DNA of 64,000 bases from a virus. The translations under genes were made by a program, and so were the position numbers. Shown in pieces: positions 49,144 through 58,693 of the stretch (within the stretch, counting starts at the first letter, position 1; every line of letters begins with the position of its first letter). Location: positions 51,299 through 115,298 of the IMG/VR virus record IMGVR_UViG_3300023504_000391; one strand, written 5' to 3'. A model generated the notes under the pieces. The model saw only the letters and a list, made by a program, of their open reading frames with translations, had not been told where the DNA came from and did no database searches.

Positions 49144-52100
49144 CAATTATCATAAACATGATCATGTCTCTAATATTTTTTCGCCAGATACAAACACCAA
49201 GCAAGAAGAATATATTTTGAAAGCACTTGAATATGGTCATACAAGTTATTATACGACAAACCACGGCTCGTTTGGCGATATATTTGAGGCAAAGACTCTT
49301 TGTAATAAGTACGGTATTAAGTGTATAGCAGGAATTGAAGGATATATTGTACCAGACGCTTCTGAGAAAGATAAAAGGAATTACCATATTATTGTAATTC
49401 CAAAAACTGATGAAGCAAGAAAAAAGATGAATTATGTTTCAAGTATGGCGAATATCAATGGATTTTATTATAAACCAAGATTTTTTATGAAGGATTTACT
49501 TGCTTTGGATAGGGATGATGTGTATATTACAACTGCCTGCGTAGCAGGTCTTTTGAGAGATGAGGATTCAATTGAAAAAATATTTAAGCCATTATTTAAA
49601 CATTTTGGCAATAATGTAATGCTTGAAGTCCAAACTCATCTTGATCCCATTCAGATAGAGATAAACAAAAAAGCTATTTATTTTTCGGATGAATACGGGT
49701 TATCATTGATTGCCGCCAATGATTCCCATTATATTAACGAAGAAGGCAAACAAGAACGTCTTGAATTATTAAAAGGTAAACATATTAATTATGGTAGTGA
49801 GGATGATTTTATTTTAGATTATCCAACTGCTGAGACAATGATAGAGAGATTCAAAAAACAAAATGTTTTGTCAGATAAACAAATTGATGATGCGATTAAT
49901 AATACTCTGATATTTGATAATTGTGAAGAAATCAAACTTGACTATTCTATCAAGATGCCAACCATCTATCCAAATCTTACGCCAAATCAGCGTGTAAAAC
50001 TCCTCAAAAAAGAAATCAACAAGCGATTTAAAGTCATTAGAGAACAAGAAAATATATCTGATGATGATTTTAAAAGATACCGAGATGGTATTCGATATGA
50101 AATGAAAATCATAGAGGATACAAATGATAAAGTTCATACGGCAGATTATTTCCTATTTAATGAGAAAAATGTTGATTTAGCAGTAAATAAATATGGTGGA
50201 GTACTTACAAGAGGTGGAAGAGGTAGCTGTGGTTCTTTTTATATAAATAGAATATTGGGAATGACTCAGCTTGATAGATTTAAAATTAATCTTCCACTTT
50301 TCCCTGATAGATTTGCTTCCACTGCTCGATTATTAGAAAATCGTTCCCTCCCAGATATTGATTTTAATGTTAAAAGTCAAGAGCCATTCGTTAAAGCTTC
50401 AAGAGAATTATTGGGAGAGCATGGTTGTTATCCAATGTATGCACCTGGAACTATGCAGATTTCAGAGGCATTTAGAAATGTATGTCGTTCAAAAGGTATG
50501 GATTTTGATGAATTTAATGATGTAGCAAAAAATCTTGAAGCTTATGAAAATGATGAAAAATGGAAACCAATCATAGAAGAAGCGAATAAATATGTAGGAA
50601 CAATCGTATCTGGTTCAGTACATCCCTGCGCCCACATTCTAAGCGATAAGAATTTATTATACGAATATGGTGTAACTAGGTTAGGAGAAAATCTTTGTGT
50701 ATTAATAACATCATCTGAAGCTGATGAATACAAAGTGCTTAAAAACGACTATCTAATCGTCAAGGTTTGGAAATTAATTGATGAAACGTTTAAAGAGATT
50801 GGAAAACCGATTATTACAGCGAATGAGTTGTTAAAATCTATCAAAGATGATAAGAGAATATGGGATTTATTTAAGAATGGAATAACCTGTACTCTTAATC
50901 AGGTGGATAGCGACAATGGATCGCAACAAGCAAAAAGATATAAAGTGTCCTCATTTGAAGATGGTGCTCACTTAACGGCAGCTATCAGACCATCGTTTGA
51001 CTCATGGAGAGAGCAATTTTTAAATCGAGAAGATTATACAACTGGTTCAGAACAATTGGACGAAGTTTTAAGTGATACACATGGATATATATTATTCCAA
51101 GAGTCTTTAATGCAATATTTTGATTGGCTTGGTGTAACACCTGCTGAGTCTATTGGATTAATCAAAAAGATATCTAAAAAGAAAATAAAACCAGAAGACT
51201 TTGCTAATCTCGAAGAAAGAATCAGAAAACAATGGATAATCAATACTGGTTCAGAGGGTGGGTTTGATACAACTTGGAAAATGATTCAGAGCTGTATGAG
51301 TTATGGATTCTGTAGTGCTCATGCGGCAGCCACATCTCTTGATATGTGTTATGGTGCATATTTAAAGGTTAATTATCCACTTGAATATTACAGTGTATGT
51401 TTCAATAATTACGCAGATGATCAAGTAAGAACAAATAAGCTTAAAAAGGAACTGGATTATTTCAATATCAAATTGAGCGATATTAAATTTAGATACTCAA
51501 CATCAAAATATTCTTACAATAAAGAGAATAATACCATATACAAAGGAATGTCGTCTATTAAGTATATCGGCGATAATGTTGGAGATGATTTGTACACTTT
51601 GAAAGATAAGAAGTACAACGATTTTATAGATTTGCTTATTGATATAAAAAATACTTCTGTTAATTCCAAACAATTAGAGATATTGATTAAATTGAATTTC
51701 TTTTCTGAGTTTGGTGAAATAAATACTCTACTTGCTCAAACAGATTATTTTGATAAGGTGTATGGTAAAAAACAATTCAAGATAGATAAACTTGAAGAAT
51801 TGGGATTACCTAAAGATATTGTTAAATCTCACTGTAAAAAACAAACAGAAAAAATCTGGAAGGATTTTGATTCAATATCGTTGTTAAAAGATATTGTAAA
51901 GAATGTGGATTATAAAGAGACTTCTATTTTAGATATTTTTAATTATCAGCAAGAATTATATGGATATGTGTCTTATACTCAGCCAACAGCTAACAAACGA
52001 CTATATTATGTATCAGACATTAATTCTACGAAATATCTTACAACAATTACTCTATTTGAGATTTATAGTGGTAAGACACGAACAGTCAAAATGTGGACAA

Positions 52101-52303
52101 GTGCATACAATCGTAACCCGTTCAATAAAGGTTTAATCTTATATATTATTTCCCTTGAAAAGAAGAATAAAAAAGAGCCAACTGGTGAAATAAATCCAGT
52201 TACAGGTAAGAAAATTTATAAAGAAGTACCCGATAAATTTGAATTTTGGTTGAGTAAATTTGTAATAAAAAACGATATTGAGGAGGACGAAGACGATATT
52301 TAA
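49133..52303 (+). CDS. dnaE: DNA polymerase III alpha subunit (PHP domain plus polymerase core)
   Basis: N-terminal PHP motif YNNYHKHDHVSN; 1056 aa; ATG 49133 after a GAGGAG RBS (the track ORF extends upstream into the HNH gene). Confidence 0.85.
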   Translation: MRYNNYHKHDHVSNIFSPDTNTKQEEYILKALEYGHTSYYTTNHGSFGDIFEAKTLCNKYGIKCIAGIEGYIVPDASEKDKRNYHIIVIPKTDEARKKMNYVSSMANINGFYYKPRFFMKDLLALDRDDVYITTACVAGLLRDEDSIEKIFKPLFKHFGNNVMLEVQTHLDPIQIEINKKAIYFSDEYGLSLIAANDSHYINEEGKQERLELLKGKHINYGSEDDFILDYPTAETMIERFKKQNVLSDKQIDDAINNTLIFDNCEEIKLDYSIKMPTIYPNLTPNQRVKLLKKEINKRFKVIREQENISDDDFKRYRDGIRYEMKIIEDTNDKVHTADYFLFNEKNVDLAVNKYGGVLTRGGRGSCGSFYINRILGMTQLDRFKINLPLFPDRFASTARLLENRSLPDIDFNVKSQEPFVKASRELLGEHGCYPMYAPGTMQISEAFRNVCRSKGMDFDEFNDVAKNLEAYENDEKWKPIIEEANKYVGTIVSGSVHPCAHILSDKNLLYEYGVTRLGENLCVLITSSEADEYKVLKNDYLIVKVWKLIDETFKEIGKPIITANELLKSIKDDKRIWDLFKNGITCTLNQVDSDNGSQQAKRYKVSSFEDGAHLTAAIRPSFDSWREQFLNREDYTTGSEQLDEVLSDTHGYILFQESLMQYFDWLGVTPAESIGLIKKISKKKIKPEDFANLEERIRKQWIINTGSEGGFDTTWKMIQSCMSYGFCSAHAAATSLDMCYGAYLKVNYPLEYYSVCFNNYADDQVRTNKLKKELDYFNIKLSDIKFRYSTSKYSYNKENNTIYKGMSSIKYIGDNVGDDLYTLKDKKYNDFIDLLIDIKNTSVNSKQLEILIKLNFFSEFGEINTLLAQTDYFDKVYGKKQFKIDKLEELGLPKDIVKSHCKKQTEKIWKDFDSISLLKDIVKNVDYKETSILDIFNYQQELYGYVSYTQPTANKRLYYVSDINSTKYLTTITLFEIYSGKTRTVKMWTSAYNRNPFNKGLILYIISLEKKNKKEPTGEINPVTGKKIYKEVPDKFEFWLSKFVIKNDIEEDEDDI

Positions 52304-52328
52304 CAAATATAAGTACACAGATAAGGAA

Positions 52329-52826
52329 ATGGAAGAGTTAATATCTTCCATTGTAATCCTTGTTGACACAAGAGAAAAAGTCAATTCCCACATCACAGAT
52401 TATTTTGATAGAAAAGAAATTAAATATAAAAAGAAAGCTTTAAGCTATGGTGATTATTCATTCATGATACCAGCTAATGAAAAGCTTGGAATACTTCGTG
52501 ATTTGTATTTTACAAATTCATGTGTCATTGAGAGAAAAGCAAGTCTTGAAGAGATAAGTGGTAATCTGACAAAAGAGCGTGATAGATTTGAAAAAGAATT
52601 ATGTCTTGCACCAAAGACCAAAGTATTGCTAATCGAAAACGCTTCTTATGAAGATATAGCAATAGGGAACTATGATACGAAGTACAATCGAAAATCATTT
52701 ATTGCATCAATACACAGCTTTTGGTTTAAATATAATATTCCAGTTATGTTTATGCCAAATAATCAATATTCAGGACTGTTTATCAGAGAATATTTTGAAT
52801 ATTTCTTAAAGAATTATCTTCGATAG
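52329..52826 (+). CDS. ERCC4-type (XPF/Mus81/Hef-like) nuclease-domain protein
   Basis: ..IVILVDTREK.., ..SYGDYSF.., ..CVIERKASLEEISGNL.. match the ERCC4 domain signature (DxRE...GDY...ERK..D..S). Confidence 0.7.
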   Translation: MEELISSIVILVDTREKVNSHITDYFDRKEIKYKKKALSYGDYSFMIPANEKLGILRDLYFTNSCVIERKASLEEISGNLTKERDRFEKELCLAPKTKVLLIENASYEDIAIGNYDTKYNRKSFIASIHSFWFKYNIPVMFMPNNQYSGLFIREYFEYFLKNYLR

Positions 52827-52905
52827 AGAGAATATATGGGTAGGATGATATACGAATTATGTAAAAATTGTTTAGATTCAAAGATATTAAAGTAAAGGAG
52901 AAAAT

Positions 52906-53661
52906 ATGGACAAAGTAAAAGTTTTTGAAGGACTATTAAACAAGTTTGAGACAGATGAGATTAGAGATTATTGTGCTGATATGATTAAGGAAATTCCAGA
53001 TTATATCTTCACAATTCCAAGTAGTACATCTTTTAAGTATCATAATAAAACACAGTGTCAGCCACATGGTCAGATTTTTCACGTTTTAATGTTTGCAGAA
53101 GTAATGAATTATGTTCTTGGATTAGAGTATGTAAAAGAAAAGACCAATGAGCGACAGCGAGATTGTTTGCGCTGCACACCAATTTTTCATGATGCAATTA
53201 AATGTGGGCTAAATGGTTCTCAATATACGGTACACGAACATCCAATACTTGCAGGTAAGTGGGTGAGAAATACATCTGTTGAGCATGATGTAGACGATGA
53301 TACAAAAGTATATATTGCAAGATTATGTGAGAGTCATTCGGGTGAATGGACTTCTACAAAAAGAAGTAAGACAGTATTGCCAAAGCCTGAAAATGACGAG
53401 CAGTTCTTTGTACATATGTGCGATTATTTAGCAAGTAGGTCAAATCTTGATATGACATATTCTGATGATGTAGTTTCTGCATTAGGTGGTGTTGATATTC
53501 CAAAGGAAGATTTGCCAGACCTTGATTCTTATGTAATTACATTTGGAAAATATTCAGGAAAGACACTTCCACAAATCAAAGAAATTGATCCTGATTATAT
53601 CTCATGGGCTAAAGAAAACATGAATAGAGAACCAATTAAGAGTTTATTAGCTCAATTGTAG
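52906..53661 (+). CDS. HD-domain metal-dependent phosphohydrolase with a C-terminal DUF3820-like motif
   Basis: H...HD..H..H..D pattern (..IFHVL.., ..IFHDAIK.., ..HEHP.., ..CESHSG.., ..CDYLASR); C-terminal FGKYSGKTLPQIKEIDPDYISWAKEN. Confidence 0.65.
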   Translation: MDKVKVFEGLLNKFETDEIRDYCADMIKEIPDYIFTIPSSTSFKYHNKTQCQPHGQIFHVLMFAEVMNYVLGLEYVKEKTNERQRDCLRCTPIFHDAIKCGLNGSQYTVHEHPILAGKWVRNTSVEHDVDDDTKVYIARLCESHSGEWTSTKRSKTVLPKPENDEQFFVHMCDYLASRSNLDMTYSDDVVSALGGVDIPKEDLPDLDSYVITFGKYSGKTLPQIKEIDPDYISWAKENMNREPIKSLLAQL

Positions 53662-53832
53662 AGAATAATACAGTAGAGGATTTTTGGAATGCCCATAAAT
53701 AGGGCGTTTCAGAGACTCAAAAAACCAATGAAAGACGGATTTCTTTTAAACACAGTATATAGTATGCAAGTAAAATGAAAATATGCTATATATTGTGTCT
53801 GTGGACGATAAAATAACAAAATAGGAGGACAT

Positions 53833-54396
53833 ATGAGTTCAACAAGAGACAATACATATACAAATACCAACAAAAAGACATTTTATTTATCAGATGATGT
53901 AGATAACGAATCTATTGGCAAATTGATGTGGGATATTTTATATCAAATTCGAGAAGATGATGAGAGGGATGAGAAAGAGAAAGATTATAAACGTGAGCCA
54001 ATTAAACTATATATCAATTCGTATGGTGGATCTGTTTATGATATGTGGGGATTAATTGATGTCATTCTTAATAGTAAAACTCCAATCTATACATATTGTA
54101 CAGGATATGCAATGAGTGCAGCTTTTAAGATTTTCTTAGCAGGTCATAAGAGATATTGTTATAAGCATTCAACATTTATGTATCATCAAATGAGTTGTTG
54201 GAGAAGTGGTAAATATCAGGATTTAGTTGAAGATAGAGAAGAGATGGACTGGCTGAATAAAAAGAATGAAGAGTATGTAATCGACAGAACCAATCTCATA
54301 AAAGATGACATCAAAGAAATTCGTGAAAAGAAGAAAGATTTCTATATTCATTCTGATGAGGCAGTCAAATATGGAATTGTTGATAAAGTTTTATAA
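53833..54396 (+). CDS. ClpP-like serine peptidase (S14 family)
   Basis: ..YINSYGGSVYD..., ..CTGYAMSAAFKIF.. (Ser), ..MYHQMS.. (His) match the ClpP catalytic core; ATAGGAGGAC RBS; upstream motif ACAGTATATAGTAT. Confidence 0.75.
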   Translation: MSSTRDNTYTNTNKKTFYLSDDVDNESIGKLMWDILYQIREDDERDEKEKDYKREPIKLYINSYGGSVYDMWGLIDVILNSKTPIYTYCTGYAMSAAFKIFLAGHKRYCYKHSTFMYHQMSCWRSGKYQDLVEDREEMDWLNKKNEEYVIDRTNLIKDDIKEIREKKKDFYIHSDEAVKYGIVDKVL

Positions 54397-54426
54397 ATAA
54401 TAATAGAAAATATTGAGGTGTTAAAT

Positions 54427-54573
54427 ATGGTTTATGGAGTATTTGGCGGTTGTTATAGTGACTGGTATGTAGTCGGATATTCCACCAATCGTCAAGATGC
54501 AGAAAAATATTGCTGTGTATGTGGTAATGGTGATTATTATGTAAAGCCATTAAAAGATTTAACTGATGAATGA
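54427..54573 (+). CDS. hypothetical small Cys-rich protein
   Basis: GAGGTG RBS; 48 aa; CCVCGNGDYY. Confidence 0.4.
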   Translation: MVYGVFGGCYSDWYVVGYSTNRQDAEKYCCVCGNGDYYVKPLKDLTDE

Positions 54574-54766
54574 TAAATTCGTAGCACCATTCAAAAAAAA
54601 GAGAGAATAAGAAAAGAAGAAGAAATTAAACAAAAAGAACTTGCAGAATTAGAAAGATTAAAAGCTAAATACGAAACAAAATAAATGACAGATTCAACCG
54701 AACAGATTGGAGCGTAGGAATTATCAACATTTGCAGTATTAGGAATAAAAACAGGAGAATGATTGT

Positions 54767-54982
54767 ATGACAGATAGAAAAACTAAAACAATACAGTGGA
54801 CAATAAATTTACCTATGGACTTTCCTTCAGATTGGGATGACGATATGATTGAATTTCATCTTAATGAATCAAGTTGGTGTTGTAGTAATCTCATTAGTGA
54901 ACTTGAAAAGCACGATGAGAAAAATGGTTGTATTTGTAGCATATGTGAAGCAAAAGTTATTGAGGAAATCTTTGAACAGTAG
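54767..54982 (+). CDS. hypothetical small Cys-rich protein
   Basis: ACAGGAGAATG RBS. Confidence 0.55.
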   Translation: MTDRKTKTIQWTINLPMDFPSDWDDDMIEFHLNESSWCCSNLISELEKHDEKNGCICSICEAKVIEEIFEQ

Positions 54983-54995
54983 AATGGGAGTAGTT

Positions 54996-55247
54996 ATGTA
55001 TAATACAGGAGACATTTACAGAATTATTCAAGATGCATTAGACGCAAATCAGATATATTGTACAGACTCTAAACTTGGTGATGGTTCAGAAGATACTTAT
55101 GAGACAGATACGGAATTTGTTTCTGGCAACGATGCTCACTTGATTGCAACTGTTAAACATCAGCATTTTGATTATAATCGTTCTTATCAAGAAAATGAAC
55201 ATACAGAAACAACAAAATTTAGAATTAAAGTTGAAATGATAGAGTGA
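54996..55247 (+). CDS. hypothetical protein
   Basis: ORF 54849..55247; GGGAG RBS before internal ATG 54996. Confidence 0.5.
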   Translation: MYNTGDIYRIIQDALDANQIYCTDSKLGDGSEDTYETDTEFVSGNDAHLIATVKHQHFDYNRSYQENEHTETTKFRIKVEMIE

Positions 55248-55695
55248 GGTGAAAGAATAATTGGAGTGGATTAAATGTGTTGAAGGACAAATGCTAGAAG
55301 ATGATAAAAGATACGAAGGGAAAAGGTGATCAATGTACTTGTTACCACAAATCGAGGAATGGTAACAAAAGTACAAAGACAATACTATGGTGGAATATAG
55401 TATTGGGGAAGAATTACTGGTGGTATGAGAGCTTGTTGAAATATCAAATGTTTGCATTGATGACACACAAGGTTTTGACGTAATAAGATTTTATAATGGT
55501 TATGCACCGACATTAAGAAGTCAGCGAAGTGGATTAAAAATTCTTGAAGATACAAGTAGAGAATAATATAATAGGTAGTTGAAAACAAAATAGTATATAC
55601 AATATATAGTATTAAACGATTGCGACATATACTATATATTGTATAAAAATCAAGACCGAAAGAAAGCGGAATTTTTTTACGAAAGGAGAGAGAAT

Positions 55696-55929
55696 ATGGA
55701 AGGAATAACCAGAAATGTAAAAGACAAAAAACAGTCTATCCGTAATGAACTTATTCAGAGAATTAAATATTGTGGGCAATATATAGTAGATAACGCTGAA
55801 ACAATCCTTGGAGAAGAAAAATATATTATTAATTTATATTTGACATGTAACTTTTTTGATAGAAGTGAAGTTCCATATGTAACTGTAAATAAAGATATAA
55901 TTCCTGATGGTTTTATTGAAGAAAGATAG
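55696..55929 (+). CDS. hypothetical protein
   Basis: ORF 55639..55929; AAAGGAGAG RBS before ATG 55696; preceded by a 17-bp inverted repeat (55596-55645). Confidence 0.6.
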   Translation: MEGITRNVKDKKQSIRNELIQRIKYCGQYIVDNAETILGEEKYIINLYLTCNFFDRSEVPYVTVNKDIIPDGFIEER

Positions 55930-55957
55930 GTTGTTAAGACGATAAGAGAATACATAA

Positions 55958-56155
55958 ATGAGTCAATGTGGTAACAGTGACTGCCAATGGCACAAATATT
56001 GTGAAGATGGTCTAATGTGGTTTGATGAAGATATTACAGAATGTCGTCATTGGATTAAGCCAAAACCGTCCAAGATGAAAAATATTAAAGTTGCTGAAAT
56101 TGATTATGAAAAAGCAGTTAAGGTATTAAAAAGGAACAAGATAGAGTTCAAATAA
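55958..56155 (+). CDS. hypothetical small Cys-rich protein
   Basis: ORF in the track; weak RBS AAGAGAA. Confidence 0.5.
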   Translation: MSQCGNSDCQWHKYCEDGLMWFDEDITECRHWIKPKPSKMKNIKVAEIDYEKAVKVLKRNKIEFK

Positions 56156-56172
56156 AATGAAAGGAGATATAT

Positions 56173-56502
56173 ATGTATAAACCAAGTATAGGTGATGTAG
56201 TTTTAGATAATAACATTCCAATGGTTGTTGTAGCTTTAGAGAGTAACGAAAATGTTGGAAGTTGTTCTTATGATAGAAAATATCTTCTTTGCGAAGAATC
56301 TTATATGAAAGAATACAAAGAGCATAATATAAGTACAATCTCATTGGAAAAGATCATGCAACATGGAAGATGGGTTACTATATATGGAACAAAATTTCCA
56401 GAAATACATAAATGTGAAGATATTGCACCATATGAGATTCGCCCAATTCGTGCGTATTCTTTTAGACAGAAAGAAGCAAAGACAATTACAGTATATGAGT
56501 AA
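56173..56502 (+). CDS. hypothetical protein
   Basis: AAAGGAGAT RBS. Confidence 0.65.
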   Translation: MYKPSIGDVVLDNNIPMVVVALESNENVGSCSYDRKYLLCEESYMKEYKEHNISTISLEKIMQHGRWVTIYGTKFPEIHKCEDIAPYEIRPIRAYSFRQKEAKTITVYE

Positions 56503-56736
56503 ATTAAGATGAATTTTTGGTTTCTTGGTTTGTCACGAAAACTATACAATATTTAGGACAAACAAGAGAATATAACAATATAAATACAAAAACAAAGGAA
56601 AGGAAAATGTTCACATGTGAGTAAAGCTGCGCAGCTACTATTGTCCCATGTGATTTTAAGATTTTCAACAAGGAAGACGCTCAGATATATATTGATAAGT
56701 TACAGAGTATTGTAGATCAGATAGGAGAATAAGAGT

Positions 56737-56981
56737 ATGGGTAAAGTTGTAGATATGAGTAATTTTGATCCGTTATTTGATAATTTGGAAAAGTATGTGA
56801 ATAAACAAGGGTGTACTCTCGGTAAAGATGCTGGGAGGTTACAAGAATTATTACATTCAATTCAGTACTGTTATATACATGTCAGTACTGTTATATACAT
56901 GGAGTATTAACAGATAGCCAAAATGAATCAGCTTGTAAAAAATTTAGAAAACAGTTTCAGAAAGCTTTATATGAGAAATAA
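56737..56981 (+). pseudogene. small gene truncated by a 20-bp tandem duplication (the reading frame stops at 56910; without the duplication it would run to 56981)
   Basis: GGAGAA RBS; duplicated unit TCAGTACTGTTATATACATG at 56862-56881 and 56882-56901 shifts the frame. Confidence 0.45.
56862..56901 (+). repeat. perfect 2 x 20-bp tandem direct repeat
   Basis: Read directly: tcagtactgttatatacatg twice in succession. Confidence 0.85.
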
Positions 56982-57144
56982 GAAAGAAGCATTTCTTGGA
57001 GTGAGGTGAGAAATAATTTTGATTCATGATATGAATGACGATATAATAAATAGTTTTTCTCATATTTACCTAAATGAAGATAATATCTGTATTTACGGAT
57101 AGTGGGAAAAAATTATATTTAAAGTTCGGAAAGGAGAACAATAA

Positions 57145-57420
57145 ATGGAGACATTTTCAATAGTAGATAAGATAAATGTTGATAAGTTGAATACGAAAGT
57201 TGAAGAATTTATATACAGAAAAGGGCATAGACCATATATTTTTGCAAATAAAGAGACGCTTGAAGCATTGGTTAAACCGATTGAACAGGCTGAAATGTTT
57301 GCAAATTCTTGGGGGATTGGACTTGTAAGTTCATATAAGGGTTGTCTCGCTGGTATGTATCGTGGAAATAAAATGTTCAGAGATGATACATTAAAATTCG
57401 GCGAGATTGAGTTGAGATAA
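57145..57420 (+). CDS. hypothetical protein
   Basis: GGAAAGGAGAA RBS. Confidence 0.65.
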   Translation: METFSIVDKINVDKLNTKVEEFIYRKGHRPYIFANKETLEALVKPIEQAEMFANSWGIGLVSSYKGCLAGMYRGNKMFRDDTLKFGEIELR

Positions 57421-57460
57421 GAGAATATATACATAAAAAATAGAAAAAGAGGTACTGAAC

Positions 57461-58387
57461 TTGGAACAGAAGAAATTTATGGATATTTCACGTATTAAGG
57501 AAGATACGGAATTAACAGTAGCGAATACAGGTGGTTTCCATGTAGGAGATCATATTGTAATTCAGGAAAAGGTAGATGGAAGCAATTCAGCTATTGCTTA
57601 TGATAAAGAAACAAATAAGTTAGTTGCATTTTCGAGAAGGCAGACTCTTGATTATAACAACACATTAAATGGATTCTGGAATTGGGTACAGACATTGGCA
57701 GTTGAACCATTTCAAAAATATCCAAATTATGTATTTTTCATGGAGTGGCTTACAAAACATACTATTAAATATATTCCAGAAGCTTATGGTAAATCATATT
57801 TTTACGATGTATATGACAAAAAGAATGAATGTTATTTACCTCAATCAGAGGTTAAGAGACTTGCTGATGAATTAAATCTGAGATATGTTCAGACATTTTA
57901 TGATGGAGAGTTTATCTCTTGGGAGCATTGTATGTCATTTATGCACAAGTCAGATATTGCGGTTGATGTACCTGAAGGAATTGTCGTTAAGAATCAGACA
58001 GAACTTAACAACCTAAACTCAAGAACTCCATTTGTATTAAAGATTGTAAATTCACAGCTTAGTGAAATCAAGAAAGATAATCACAGACAGAAAGTAGAAG
58101 ATCCTCAGAAATTAGCAGCTAAAGCAAAGACTTCTGAAATTGTAGAGCAGATTGTCACAAAGAATCGTGTTCAAAAAGAATTATACAAAATGATTGATGA
58201 GGGTGTTTTACCTCAAAAGATTGAGCCACAGGACATGAGAATTGTTGTACAGAATCTACCTAAGAGAATTTTTGAGGATTGTGTAAAAGAAGAGAATGAA
58301 TTAGTTATCGAAGCTGGTGAATTCTTTGGTAAGATGTGTGATTCTGCAACTATGAATTGGGCTAAGAAGATTATTTTTGGAGAATAA
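57461..58387 (+). CDS. ATP-dependent RNA ligase-like nucleotidyltransferase (Rnl2/RNA_ligase-family; TTG 57461 or ATG 57479 start)
   Basis: Ligase motif I EKVDGSN (KxDG); motif IV-like EGIVVKN; motif V-like VLKIVNSQ. Confidence 0.7.
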   Translation: MEQKKFMDISRIKEDTELTVANTGGFHVGDHIVIQEKVDGSNSAIAYDKETNKLVAFSRRQTLDYNNTLNGFWNWVQTLAVEPFQKYPNYVFFMEWLTKHTIKYIPEAYGKSYFYDVYDKKNECYLPQSEVKRLADELNLRYVQTFYDGEFISWEHCMSFMHKSDIAVDVPEGIVVKNQTELNNLNSRTPFVLKIVNSQLSEIKKDNHRQKVEDPQKLAAKAKTSEIVEQIVTKNRVQKELYKMIDEGVLPQKIEPQDMRIVVQNLPKRIFEDCVKEENELVIEAGEFFGKMCDSATMNWAKKIIFGE

Positions 58388-58389
58388 AT

Positions 58390-58572
58390 ATGTGTAACCA
58401 TTGTGATTATAACTCACCTGACAATCAAATATATGTAGATCTATTAACAAATGAACATTACTTGGGCATTGAAACTTCTGAATGCGATGGTTATGATGAT
58501 GGTTGGAACTCATTAAGAAAGAAAATTTTAGGCGAAGCAGATTGGAACTCAGAAATTTTCAACGGAAGATGA
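58390..58572 (+). CDS. hypothetical small Cys-rich protein
   Basis: GGAGAA RBS; CNHCDYNSPDN. Confidence 0.5.
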   Translation: MCNHCDYNSPDNQIYVDLLTNEHYLGIETSECDGYDDGWNSLRKKILGEADWNSEIFNGR

Positions 58573-58693
58573 GTTGAGAAATAGAATAACTACACTTGAA
58601 AAAGAGAATAAAGAATTAAAGGAAGAAATAAATCATTTGATTGATAGAAACAATGAGCTATTAAGGTTGTATATAGAAAGGAATGATAAGTAA

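Noticed and set aside
54574-54693. Possible programmed frameshift at an A8 run (about 54583-54590), linking the 54427 ORF region to a downstream Lys/Glu-rich coiled-coil frame
   Set aside because: The downstream frame has no independent start, and the fusion requires an unsupported slip. AT-rich DNA often gives K/E-rich frames by chance.
55248-55640. A roughly 110-codon reading frame (MLEDDKRYEGKR*SMYLLPQIEEW*QKYKDNTMVEYSIGEELLVV*ELVEISNVCIDDTQGFDVIRFYNGYAPTL...) with three in-frame stops, as evidence for stop-codon recoding
   Set aside because: The interrupting codons are a mix of TGA and TAA. The encoded tRNA is an ordinary Gln-UUG, not a suppressor. Three stops in about 110 codons is not unusual for AT-rich non-coding DNA. 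It is more likely a decayed gene remnant or plain intergenic sequence.
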